DNA of 64,000 nucleotides from Lingula anatina (taxonomy: Eukaryota; Animalia; Brachiopoda): contig CM120645.1 of the NCBI GenBank assembly GCA_051362555.1, forward strand, positions 21,328,001-21,392,000, written 5' to 3'. A model generated the notes under the pieces. The model was not told where the DNA came from and made no database searches. It was given only the letters and a program-made list of their open reading frames with translations. A program made the translations under genes and the position numbers. Positions 25,540 through 38,800 of the stretch are shown here, in pieces (the stretch's first letter is position 1; each line of letters opens with the position of its first letter).

Positions 25540-27147
25540 ATGGGCACAAAACCCAGCGTCACGAGACCAATAAAGGTTGAGAAGAATATGGCAGCGACAA
25601 AATCACACCGAAGGTGTTCAGTTTGCAACGCCGTGAAGGGGCAACTTTTAAAGAATGACAGTGGATTTCAGCCGAAAGACGCTCATCTTTTCTGTCGCTA
25701 TGTTAGCGTTATGCGGATGGTCGTGCCGCTGTATTCTCACAAGGATAGTGAAGTATCGGTGGTGAAACGAAAGCCAGAACTGATGCTCGCTTTTGCAGGA
25801 CAAATTGAAGACGAAAAATGTTTCTTTTCTGCAGCAGCTGTAACGCCAAAGGGACAAATCGTGCTTTGCGATGCACTGAACCGACAAGTGAAAATATTCG
25901 ATAAACGAGGACATTTTGTGAATTTGATAGGAATGAGTGATGTTTTGAAAATTCCTTGTGGAATCACCAAAACCGACAAAGGTATATTCTTTTTATCTTT
26001 TAACTTTTATGAGCACTGTAGCACACATTGCGTGTGAAGTACAAAATACACTATAATACAACACGGCATCGCAAATTATACATGTATTGATAAAAGTACA
26101 ATAACCAATCGCGCCATAAAAGGAACCTATATGCTCTTGATAGATCGATAGATCGATAGATAAACACAAAATAAAAAAAACAAAACAAATAGATATTGTA
26201 GATATAAACGTAAAAAATCAATAAAAACTAGTACATAAAATCGTGGTTAAATTGAAGCCTGGATTGAAGGATGGATTCAAGAAGGGAATTAAGGAGGACG
26301 AGTGAGCATGTAGTTGAACTTCAAGGTTGAAAACGCACTAATAAAAAAGACACACGGAAAAAAATTCAACGTATTAAGAAAGCACCCTTTTACGATTTCA
26401 GGAGAGATTATGATACTAGACAGCGATACTAAGACAGTCCACACATATTCTCCTGACGGGCAGACATTGCTACGCTCCACGGAGCTGACGGGCACCCACC
26501 GTCCTGTGGCTTTGACCGCTAGTAATGGTCAGCTTGTCTGCATTGATGACCAACCAGAAAGACCGGCGGTTGTTATTCATAATTCGGAAGGGCGGTTCAT
26601 TAAGGAACTTAAAGGTGACGCATTTTTGGTGATTTTATTCGTTTTTCTTGTTTTTTTCTTAAAATAATAATAATAATAAAGGATCTGTACATGCACTGAT
26701 GAAGTGATACAACCCAAGAAAAAAATTTTTATTCAATATTTTTTATTAAATTTCTAAAAAATTTTCATATCAGGAAAAAGTGACTTCGCTCAACCACGTG
26801 GAGTTGCAGCCACTATTGACGTCATCGTGGTGTCTGACGCGAAGAAAGACACCGTTACAGCTTTCAGCTGGGAAGGGGACGTTCTCTTTGAATACGGATC
26901 AAGCGGAAGTGACGTAGGGGAACTTCGGTCACCCCAGGGTGTGGGTGTGGATCCAAGAGGCCATGTTCTTATTGCCGATAAAGATAACCAGCGAGTGCAA
27001 CTTTTGACTCCAGGTGGGGAATTTCAGCAGTTTGTGATGACGTCAGATGTTGACAGTCCCTCTGCATTGGCAGTTACTGATGACGGTCAGCTGGTTGTTG
27101 CGGACGCGTCGTCTGCCATTGTAAAAGTACTACAGTATCTTGACTGA
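25540..27147 (+). CDS. NHL-repeat beta-propeller protein (TRIM2/3/71 C-terminal-like), ~342 aa, no RING/B-box
   Basis: Exons 25540-25981, 26402-26614, 26774-27147 (1029 nt, in frame). NHL repeats e.g. LRSPQGVGVDPRGHVLIADKDNQRVQLL, FAQPRGVAA, DSPSALAVTDDGQLVVAD. Start codon assignment less certain. Confidence 0.85.
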
Positions 27148-27597
27148 TTTTATATAAACTTAAAATTTTCCTCTCTGTGATTAGTGCTATGATCTGGAAA
27201 GGTAATTTTCTAGAGGAGGTGGAGTCACAATAAATATATCCAAGTCATTTACAGAATAAATTATAATTTGATTTTAACACCTGAGCTGCTGACACGCTAT
27301 TGAGTGAAATTCGTCAGTATTTATCTACCTGACGTGGGTGACACAAAAACTAGATACTTAAAAAAGTCAAAGGAGGTTTATTGGTCGTCATTCTATGAAT
27401 TGTTATTAATGTCTTATATACGTTGATGCTAAAGGGAAAGAGTTAAAATCTCCACGGAAATTGTAATTATGATTAATGCTCATTGTATGCATTTAGACTA
27501 ACTGTTTTGTGCGACCTTTCTTTAAGCTTTAATATCGTACAGTAAGAAAATGGTCTCAATGATAAATGTCAGTAAATGATTGGTTTATTCTATGTAT

Positions 27598-27831
27598 TGC
27601 CCCTATTACACACAGACCACGAATCCCACGAATCGCCAGGAATTGACAAATTTCAGGATTCGTGGTTGAATCGTAATCAGTTCGTGAAGTTCTTAACAGA
27701 TTCGTATATATTCGTAGTCAGTTCTTGCAATTCTTGAGCAATCACGAACTAATTACGATTCAACCGCGAATCCTGAAATTTGTCAATTCCTGGCGATTCG
27801 AGGGATTTGTGATCTGTGTGAAATAGGGGCA
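27598..27831. mobile_element. Palindromic MITE, 234 bp, 3-bp TAT target duplication
   Basis: ~80-bp near-perfect inverted arms TGCCCCTATT.CACACAGA.CAC.AATCCC.CGAATCGCCAGGAATTGACAAATTTCAGGATTCG...; TAT on both flanks. Confidence 0.8.
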
Positions 27832-29276
27832 TATGGCAAACAAAGACGATTTCATGATAAAGTAGCGTATCATTAACTTGGTAATAAAAAATATCAAAAT
27901 ATCAAATATAACGAAATAAAATATAATGTTGATAATTTAACGAGTCACAAAGACAATGGACAACTCTCCAGCCATAATATCCCACTGATAGATCTAGAAT
28001 TTTGTTAAGGGTAGAGGGAGCATGGACCGAGACGACAGAAAATGTTAGACAAGGGTGATTGTACTGTTACAACATGGATAGAAAAGTGCTTAATTTTTGT
28101 CTAGTTTCACTTCCTGTACGTTTTAATAAAAAAAGATGGAGAGGAAAGTACAATCTGCACCTGCTAAACTTAAGATATACCAGTATGTGTATGTGTGTGT
28201 GTGTGTGCGCGCGTGCGCGTGGGATGGGGGGGGGAGGTGTCTTTGTCTTCTTGGATCCACCATAACCACCTTTAACTGATAAAGAAAAATATCCTACAGC
28301 TGCTGCACAGTGGTGATCTCATGAGATGAGATGATTAAGCTCTGCATTCGTCGATAGATAGTGAATGTATATTAACACCCCCCCCCCCCCAAAAAAAAAG
28401 CCCTTACATTTATCGAAAAGCTATGACATTAAGCCAAAGTTGCGTTTGCCATGCAATGCCTGTGCGGTGCCCGTAAAGCCTTTTTTTCGAGCGGGTCCCT
28501 GTGGGAGCAGGATTCACTGACTCCGCAGCTTCTTGGATTTGTCAAGCTTAAACTTTGAACAAATCTTTCAAAACGTAAATAAATCGGACTTTGCAATATC
28601 TTTAATGGCAGGTCACATTTCCTTTTCGAATGTTTTGCGCTGGCCGTGGGTTGCGGTGATCATACAGCAACGGAAAAATAATCTTGCGACACAGACCTTT
28701 TAGAATTGTTAAAGAAATGGGATTTTCGCGGGAAATTGCACCGCCGTCGTGTGTAGCTGCTTGAAAATACCCTAGGTTCTAGATTCCGGTATTGCCAGCT
28801 CGATCTTGATTTCATATATAACCCAGTCGCAATACCAGGTCGCTCATTCTTCTTTGTTACGTTAAAATGATACATACGTTACCGATACATACGTTACCAT
28901 AATAACAAGCGTGCGTACATATACAATGAGAGTATACATATTGATGCACCTTGAAATATCTACATTATAGTTGTTAAATACAATTCGAGCTTTCGGCCCC
29001 TGGGCCTTCTTCGGGGATAATGAACAAAAAGTGAATCAACATGAATACTGAGTACATATACATTGTACAATGCAACCGCAGAGTCTTGTTTTGTATTTTG
29101 ATCTGTTTGCGCCCCTGACGAGGCCTCCGGGCCGAAACAGCTGTAGGGACTTATATTATAAATCAAAATGGAGAGAACAGATTAACTATATAACAGTCAA
29201 CAATAGGCAGGATAGGATAATCCTAGACACGGGCCGAAAATTTATTCTGTCCTGAAATAACCTTCTTTACTACATG

Positions 29277-29409
29277 TACCCTCTACCAGGGCCACAGGTC
29301 AATTTTCACAAGATATTCACAGATGTGTCTGTGGTTATATTGACAGTTACACTCTGTACTGCATCAGAGAAAATGTCCACATTATAACTGCGGCCCCGGA
29401 TACGGGGTA
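29277..29409. mobile_element. Short MITE (same family as 21338-21469)
   Basis: TACCCTCTACCAGGGCCACAGG ... CTGCGGCCCCGGATACGGGGTA. Confidence 0.6.
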
Positions 29410-30089
29410 CATTTTTACTCTCTTTGTCAATTAAACTACAATTAAACTATTTGAATCGAACTTGCATGATGCTGCATTAGTAAGCTGACGGGAATCTTTC
29501 AGCGAATGGTTAATGAATAAGATGAGGTAGCATTGTATACGTTGGTTAATGGGGACTCCCGTAGAACACTTATTATCTTGCTTGTCACGTCGGTGATTTT
29601 GATCTTAAAACTTTGCAGGTGACAACGACGGGCCTGATGCTCTACTGTGTGATCGACATCTATCATCAACTAGATCACTTGCCCATTGAAAAAGATAATT
29701 TGTGTGTTTGGGACGCTTTCAGCCTGCCACTCATGACGAGCAGACTAGACAACTGCTTGATTTGAAGCTCTTTGTACTGTATTATTGAAAAGGGACAACT
29801 TATGAAAGGAGACTCTTTTATAATATTTTGTGAATTCATAATTGCTGTGAGTTGTTTATTTTCATTTTAATTCATTAAAAAAGTTTTCATATAAAAATGT
29901 ACAAGATTTTGCATCAAGATCAAAATGCATCATCATCCTAAATTTAGATCAGTGTTGATGCCGTTGCGTCCTATAGTGACATATATGATACTTAGCATAA
30001 CAAGAGAGCCACACACGTACACGTACATAATACATTATACTAACAGTGCTAAATCATCCAGGTCCTTCATGTGAAACTTGAACGATCTT

Positions 30090-30123
<34 letters not shown>

Positions 30124-32432
30124 TGAAATATGGATGGGCCCCTGGAAATACTTGTAGGCGATTAGATTTTTTCGCTTTTGGCTTATTTGATCTTTTGCTT
30201 GTGTATGTCCTTTCGCATACTGCTTATAAATCTAATCATTTTTAAATTCATCAATAAGCTCAAAGCATTTAGCTTTCAGAGAGGAAGTCTTTGTACGAGG
30301 GAGGGGGTTACGAAAGTGAGACACTATAGTTGCAAGGCAATCGTGTAGCTTAATTTGTAAAAAAAAACATTTCATCAAATGCTAATAAATAAGTAAGAAT
30401 AAATGAAATATCTTGCTCCTTTCATAATGAAACCCTTTGTGTAACTAGATCAAATTGTACCCAGAATGGACCTTTTCTGACAAAAAGGGCGGTTCTTTCG
30501 AACCCCCCGCACCCCCCCCCCCCCCCCCCCCCCCCCAGCTACGGGCCTGTATATCTTGATTGTCATTGAGAATTTGGGCCCCATCATATGACTGGACCAA
30601 AGTGAGAAAATGATAACTTGATACATTTTGGAACTGAAAATGACCACCGCTCTGTGTTCTTGTTGTACAGTAATTTGTACACATAAGGGGCTCAAATAAT
30701 TTCTTTGCATAAGTTTTCACAATAACAGCCATAGTTTCTTATTTGCTAGACTTACAAATATTGAACCAGTGATTCTTTTAAGCCTGCGGTCTTTCAGATA
30801 TAATGAAACTTCATTATTCATTGCTCTGTGAATTACAGAAACTGAGTTCAAATTTGTGAAAAATCTTATTTTCGTTTTTCTGCCTATTCTTAGCGCTTAA
30901 ACACTGAATACAAATATAGCATACGCAGCAGGTATGGGCATAATGAAGATAATTAACCTGCCTAATTAAGGCACAAGAAAAGAATAAAAGTGTGACTCAC
31001 GCAGTCCTGAAAATGAACAACTCCTCTTGCTTAATGAGATGTATGTAGCTTGCTTACAACTGTGAAATACCCTTTAATTAAAATTTATGGTGTTGTGATA
31101 TCTAATTGCGGTTCTTAGCTGCCCAGCTGAGGATTCCTGGCATGGGAAGAATGACGACAATCAAAAACATGGCTGCCAAGTTTTTGATCCATATATTTTC
31201 AACATGCTTACAGCTTTCATGTGACTTAATCAGATATTTCATCAGATGTGGTTTGTCCTCAAAGTTACAATAGAAGTTTCTTGAATCATATTACCGATAA
31301 ACTCCCCGAGGAAAGTGTCTTGCGACACACTAAAATACTCAAGAGCAAATGAATCTGTGATAAGCTGAATTTTGAGAGTAAAAAAATAGTATTATAACTT
31401 GTTTTAAAATGGTTGTAATAAATATATCATTTATTTTTTAAAACCTGCGCGTCTCTACATTGTTTACAAATGGAAATAAAACCGTAAATATTAATTTAAA
31501 ACTAATATGAAAATAATTAAGACTCTATGACATAAATGCAGCAAAATATTTTTTAATAAAAAGTTTTTTTAATTTCTTTTAAAACTATGACAGAAATTAT
31601 TAAGAAAAAACCTCGATTTGTTAATAAAATTTAATTTCAAATTTATGCTACGGGGTCTTTCTGTGTTCTTAAAATTCATTTTCAATTAATTACACTGCAC
31701 CTATTGACTTTAAATAAGTATTTTCTATGTTTGTTCTTATAAAATTCCAAAGACGAATTTACACCCACCTCTGAGAGGTCAATACAGTTACAAACATATT
31801 TCTCAATATCTTGCCACAATCAGAATATTCTTTACTGCCACCCTCCCTCTTTTCGTTGTCGCATGAGTCATTTTCCCTTATGTAATGAACTTCGCTACCT
31901 TGTACTTTGTCTAAGAAACATAATTTTAACGCACAATCTGTTTTCACAAAAGGATGATGTTTCAGATGAATTATAAGATTGACGTATACTTTCTAAAAAG
32001 TCGATCGCACTTTCTGAAATTACTTGTTCAAAGGACGTTGTCAGAAGGAACCATGCTAATTTTGAGCAAACAACGCAATTCCTTTTAATTAGACATATGG
32101 TGATGGTATCTGCACCCATTATCTCGCCAAGACAGTTCAAGGGTAGCTGAACAACACCACGTCCAGTGTCGACCCATTCTGTGGGGAGAGGAGGGAAATG
32201 AAAAAATACATCAAAACGTTCAAATCAATTTCACAATATTAACTCTAATATATACTTTCCATGTTTTATTAAATATGGCTTAATACTTTCCAGAGGGATA
32301 TATGTTAGTTTCATGGTTGCACTGTGCGCGTGATTTCTCACTCACAGCCACCCACAACCCCTATAAGTGATAATGGACCCATCCGCTGCTTCACCCTCCG
32401 TGAAAATGTGCGAACATGTTACCAACGACAGG

Positions 32433-32470
32433 TATATAAGGCTAGCCATCTCACAACTCGACACTCAGTT
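32433..32470 (+). promoter_or_regulatory. TATA box plus initiator of paralog A
   Basis: TATATAAG at 32433 and TCAGTT at 32465; same motifs and same 32-nt spacing at 43190/43222 in paralog B; followed by a non-coding first exon ending at a GTAAG donor. Confidence 0.75.
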
Positions 32471-32887
32471 CGAACATTTACCAGCAGTTTTTTAACCGGT
32501 AGCTGGGCGCAGTACAGGTCGGCACTAAGAAAGAAGGTAAGCTGGGCGAGAAAGGAACTTGTGTACAGTCGTATATTGCACCGGCCCTGGGTAGGGTGTC
32601 AAGGCGGTGTTCGGAGGGTACAAAAATACCCCTTTCTGGCGGATAATGAATACTGTATGTCAAAGCTTTAGCAAAGTTGTAGCAAATTATGATTGTGGCA
32701 TTCCACACTGATGGGTCAATTAAGGCTCCCTTTCAGAAAAAACGTGCTGGCTACAGGACCACCTAAAGCTTTCAAATACCTGGAAGTCTAAATTCGTGTT
32801 CAGAATTTAGATTTCTTATTGTTTGGCAACCTGCTTAAATGTAGTCTTTTTTTGTTAATAGAACATCCGAGTGTTGGCATCGCGGTG

Positions 32888-35800
32888 ATGGGGACTTACC
32901 ACGTGGCCTTGTGGGCCTGTTTGACCCTTGCTTATGTTGCAGGTAAGAAAGACCTTTACTCTATCTTTGTAATGGCGTCCATTTAACTTTTTACAAATTT
33001 AGTACCATTCCATTGCTTTTTAGCCCGGCTATTTGTCTTTTTAATCTGAGCCTTGGTCATAAATATGACTAGGTTATTAGGGCATTGTTTATTGGCAATG
33101 ATCCTCCTTAGCTAGAAAATACTTTTAGTTGTTAATCTTTAACGTGTAATATGCTTTAGTAAGTAAATAGCATTGTGCTATAGTTTACTTTGATCTAATA
33201 AATTGCCTTAAACAGAACGCCTTGTTTTCATATATTGAATACATCTATTTTCAGGAACTCAGTATCCATACTACGAATATACGAAATGGCCAGACCACCT
33301 GACTGTGCCAGATATGTCTCCTGACGGAGTGGACATTTTTTATTTCGGAAGAATAAGAACGGAAGCAGAGTGTGCGTTGCAGTGTAGCGGGGTAAGCAGA
33401 AAACATGTTCGGATAAATACAATTCTTCATGCCTGTCAAGTTTAAGGGAGTCGCCAGTATAATTGCCTAGTTAAGACGCCCATTGCTCTTTGTTTATATA
33501 CATATATTAAAACATACATTGCTCTGTTTCCGTTTACTTTGAAGCGATTTCTTGTTTTGCAAGTCGATCTTAAACCGTATAAATTCATAAATTCAGGAGC
33601 CGGGTTGTATGGCCTATACGTACATAAAGAAGATACCTCTTCCACCAACTACTTCTACAACAACGACCACCACCACCACGCCCACGACGACGACCACGCC
33701 CACCACCACCACGCCCACGACGACGACCACGCCCACCACCACCACCACCACCACGCCTACCACCACCACCACGCCGACGACGACGACCACGCCCACCACC
33801 ACCACCACGCCCACCACCACCACCACGCCGACGACGACGACCACGCCTACCACCACCACCACGCCGACGACGACGACGACCACGCCCACCACCACAACTA
33901 CGCCTACCACCACCACCACGCCGACGACGACGACCACGCCCACCACCACAACCACGACGCCGACGACGACTACCACACCCCCACCCCCACCCCCACCACC
34001 AGGTCTACCTGACATCGGTGGAGACGAGGGTGATTTGAGACGTCGCAGAAGGAACATCAATGATCATCTCCATTTACATCGACAAAAGCGTGATGGTCAT
34101 AAGGAGATGGAACCCCAATTTTCCTGTGTCGGTAGAAGTAACAGAGGGGCGATAATGGTGAATAAATATCTTGCAGAAGAACCTGGTTATTTGAGTGTTG
34201 AATACCACAGCGGAGTAAAGGGAGAGAGAAATGGAGCGAACGGTAAGTTTCTAAAAGACATTGTAATAAATGTTTTTGTTCCAGTGTTTTCCGTAGAGCC
34301 AATTCCCTACTGTTTTTATTCTGTCTTCGAGGTAATAATATGATGTATAACCTTAGCTTAAATATACATCTTAGAATAGCCGGAATGACTTTTATTTTAC
34401 GTGACGCCTCCCCCAAAACACTTGTCTAAATAAAAATATAAATGACCGTTTACACAATATCCACTTTTTATCTCTAGTTGTAACTGAATACCCTCAATGT
34501 CCAAACGGCTTGGTTCCCACACAATGTGACTGCATCAACAGAGACACACCATTTGCCTGTGTGCCGAGGTTGTACCGTGATAACGACGGCAATACAGGGA
34601 AACTGAAGTGCGTAGCTGAACCTACAGTCCTTGGAAGCATGGATGACATAATTGTAAGTAAACGTTCGGGATTTAAATCATTTTGGAATAGTTTACTATA
34701 TATAAAGTAGGCCTAAGCCCATAAAGAAAGTATGTAAACACGGTGTCGTGATAGAAGTATTATCTCCGTCATATTATCTTACACATACTGGCGAGTTTCC
34801 AGGTATTTTACTCTGGTTAATGTTAGATAACCAGGTGGTGCATGTACACACAACCAGCGACATCTATTGATCATAACATGCAATTTTTTTCGTTGCAGTC
34901 TGTGCTCACTTGTGTGGACCCCACAGTTGCTGAGATACGCTACAACGAAGTAACACCTGACCCAGATGCTTCCACCCCCGACTCCCTTCGACCAGTGGTC
35001 TCGTGTCCTGACGGCATGGTGGCTCCGGAGATGATAGGGTGCACCATATTTACCAATGATACTGAGTAAGTGTCTTTAAAATTGACATTTGACGGTCAAT
35101 ATAAGAAAACAATGCCTTGTCATGTCGAAAATGTCCCCGAATAACTTGGAAATGTTTTATTGTGTTTATAAATCGCAACGCAACTTTTTCACCTACGACG
35201 TGGCTAAACACTTTTTATGTTCGTCATATATGTATATATAAAAAATATTCTTTTGAATATTTGAATGTGAGTAATTTCCTCTAGTTTTTGTTTACTTCTT
35301 GTATGAATTTGATTTTCTCGTTATCATGTGTTTTCAATTTCGCAGTCCTTCTGTTGGTGCTCCAAGACCTCTGATTGATGTTGAAGCCGGAACTTGCACC
35401 CCAGATAGAAACGTCACCGCAACCTCTGGAACAGACGTAGAAATAGTTGTCACTTGTAGAGAAAGTAAGAATTTGACTAATTGACTGTCACTGTAATTGT
35501 TAATACACTCTGAATATAACGAATTTGGTAGTCTGCACTTACGCAAACATAATTTAGAAAATAGTCATAATATATATAAATCACGGATAATGAAAATAAA
35601 AAACAATATATATCGTATGTTAAATCTATGCTAATAACGCAATTCCCTGCTTTCAGATGTTTTCCCATGGGGAATGTGGTCGGAATGTGACGACAATAAC
35701 CGAAGAACTCGGCGAAGAATGTATAAAGTAAGCATTCAAGGAAAACATTTTAGATCCAGGCGTTGTTGTCGATTGTTGTCAATAAAACGCATTCAAGACC

Positions 35801-38800
35801 CGGTTTGAATTATCAATATTTCTCAGGATGTTCAAAATTCCTGGGGTCTTTTCATAATAGCTTATTCTTAAGTGACGTTTATAGATTATGTTAATACTAA
35901 CCTCGTCTTGTTTTCTTGATATCAAGGCTGGAAGCTGCAGTGGTCAAGGCGTTTTCAACACACAGGAAGAAAGTGGTGTTTGCAACCGTAAGTATGTTGT
36001 GGAAATAAGAGAAAATGTTAATGTATATATCAATCGATTATTTACTTAAGCCCTGACCACATAACTCACACCATTATAAAATGATTAAAATGCATAATCT
36101 GATTCATTGAGACAATGATATCAAGAGATTTTGTTCAAACCAGGTGTCATTTCTTTTTTTAGTTGGAGCTGTGGGCGACAGCGACATCGTTTTCGTCATC
36201 GATGGATCCGAAGGCGTCGGGCAATCCAATTTCCGTCGGGAGCTGGAGTTTGTGAAGCGAATCATGCAAGCATTTACCGTCGGAGAAAACTACACAAGAT
36301 TTGGCGTAATCCAGGTTTCCGGAAATTCCAAGATAGACATTTATTTGAACGACACATTTGACATCAACAGGCTGATGCAGTTGGTGGATGGATTGAGTTA
36401 TATGGGAGGAGACAGAGACACGCACAAGGCTTTGATGTTGCTAAAGTGAGTATCATTATATATTTATCATTTACTATATGAAAATTGACCTGTCGGTTCC
36501 AATCATAACTTGAAAGGCAAGCAAAAAAAAAAAAAAAAAAAAAAGATTAAATAAATATAAATAAATAAATAAAATAAACTTGTTTCCTCTACTCTCCCTT
36601 ATGTCAAATCCCAATTTTAGGCTTAAAAATAATCACTATCTTTTTATATACTACAGTGACACCGTGTACATGGCCGAAAAAGGTGGTCGCCCTTGGACTC
36701 CAAACCTAGCTGTCTACATTAGTTTTGGCAAGTCGACAAACCCGGGATATACCAGCTATGAAGCAAATGCGGTTAGTGCAGTTCTGCAGCAACATTTTAG
36801 TTAACATTAAAAAATTTTCTTTTAGATTATCAATTTGATAATGAAGTATGGATCTGTCAGTAGCATGGTTATAAAAAATCTTAAATTGTCTTGAATTGTT
36901 TCAACACTTAATCTGACCCGTTTTTTCTTACTCAGACTCACGATGCCGGCATTCTGTGGGCCAAAGGAATCGGCGTTGGACCAGCTTTTGATGCCCCGGA
37001 TGCGGTAGAGGAAGTGCAGGGCATTGTTTTGCCACCAAATGACGTCTACGTGGACATTGCCGACCTGAACCTTGCTTTGGTCGAGTGTGTGGCTGGCAAT
37101 TTGACCAAATTAGGCGACCCTGAATACGAACCCGGTACGTTTTCACTCGGGACAATTTCATCTCGACCATTATTTAAATTCTTTCATTTACTTTTTGACA
37201 GTGAATAATTTCCAACCGGGTCCTGTAAGAATTGTTTCCTTATAGTGGCATGAAGAAGAGTATTTCGATAGTGTAACGTTGCTTTTATAAATGCCTTCAT
37301 TGCGGTCAATTATTGGTGTTAATAGCTTTTTTTTTTTTTTTTTTTTTTGCATACTACTGACATACACTTATGCCTGCAAATAGCAAATGTATCTGCTGTA
37401 TAAAATGATAAAAATACGCTTTTTCACTTGTTTTCCAAACGTCCATATTACATCCGTACAGTAGTCCATAATCTATCAGTATAATTTTAATGACAAAAAT
37501 GCATTCTCACGTTATGAATTATTATTCAGGTCTGTCCCATTCCGAGTGGACTCCTTGGTCCAATTGTTCTGTGCCATGCGGAGGGGGTGTACAAACGAGG
37601 ACTCGCCGATGTATAAATCCTCAGAAGTGCCCTCTTGGTCAGGGATTTGAAGAGACAAGACCCTGCAATGACCACTGCTGCTATGGTATGTGCTAATAAT
37701 TATCCCTGTCGAGTTTCAGGATTTTTAATCTAAAAGTACTACTTAAAGTCGTACATTTGATAATCTCAGTAGCATTTGCATTTCACATTAGTCTACTTTT
37801 TTCTTCCTTTTGGTAGTTTTAGACGATGTGGCATTCTTATATCAACGGCTTCAATTTATTTTCCAGCTACGAGGCACCACGTACACTTCGACTGCTCTAA
37901 GCCCGGGACACTTTTCATCGCCTGTACCAACGACTTTGACAGTTTCTTGAGGGTAAGTTCTTAGTAAATTTGATTTCAGCTGCAAAAAAGCAAGTGCATT
38001 ATTTTGATCAATACAAATAGTCTTTATTTCTATTTGTGACCTAACTGTGTTGTAAACATTTTGATTCTACGATGCACTATATCTACATATTTATATATTG
38101 CTGATAACCAAAACTCTATTGAACTGAAAACTTTCCTTGACCAAGCAATGTCAGATTTTGCCTTCATATTTTATGTACCTGGTATTTTCTAGCCCGATAT
38201 AACCTTTATCATCATTTTAACAATTCCAGATTCACAGAGTAGTCAACTGCTATAATGATACGAATTGTCAGGATTTCCATGGCATCAGATCTTCTCTTCA
38301 AGCAAGGTGTGACAGTGAAGACGAATGTGCTACTGTCTATCCATGTGGTCTGATGAATCCACCTTCTGTCGTTCTAAATGTTCTTTACGAGTGCTGTTTT
38401 AACCCCTATGTTGGTAAGTTAATTTGTATTTAACTCTTCATTGCTGAAATGTACATAATCACCCACAATTTCACGGAATAAAACTATCCCATAACAAATC
38501 ATATACTGGTAAATTGTGTTAACATTTTACACGGCGTCTTGTCTTGCTGAACGTAGATTATGATTTTGATTTTCGTCTATTGCTGATTAAACAACTCCAC
38601 ACACAATGCAGTATTATTACGTGAATTATTTTTTTCCAGTGGGCCACAGTCATCCACACAGTCACGGACCCGGAGAAGACCACCATGATCCTGGTCACGG
38701 CCCAGGCGGCGGCCACGAACACGGTCCAGGCGGCGGTCCAGACGGCGGCCACGAACACGGTCCAGGCGGCGGTCCAGACGGCGGCCACGAACACGGTCCA

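Noticed and set aside
29610-29880. Possible isolated exon after a TTTGCAG acceptor
   Set aside because: No sustained reading frame or partner exons found.
31759-32170. Two adjacent minus-strand ORFs that might be a decayed gene
   Set aside because: No recognisable motif or consistent splice structure.
33539-34060. Poly-His/Asp ORF (33539..34012) and poly-Val antisense ORF
   Set aside because: Alternative frames of the (ACC/ACG)n Thr repeat; splice phase and paralog B support the Thr/Pro frame.
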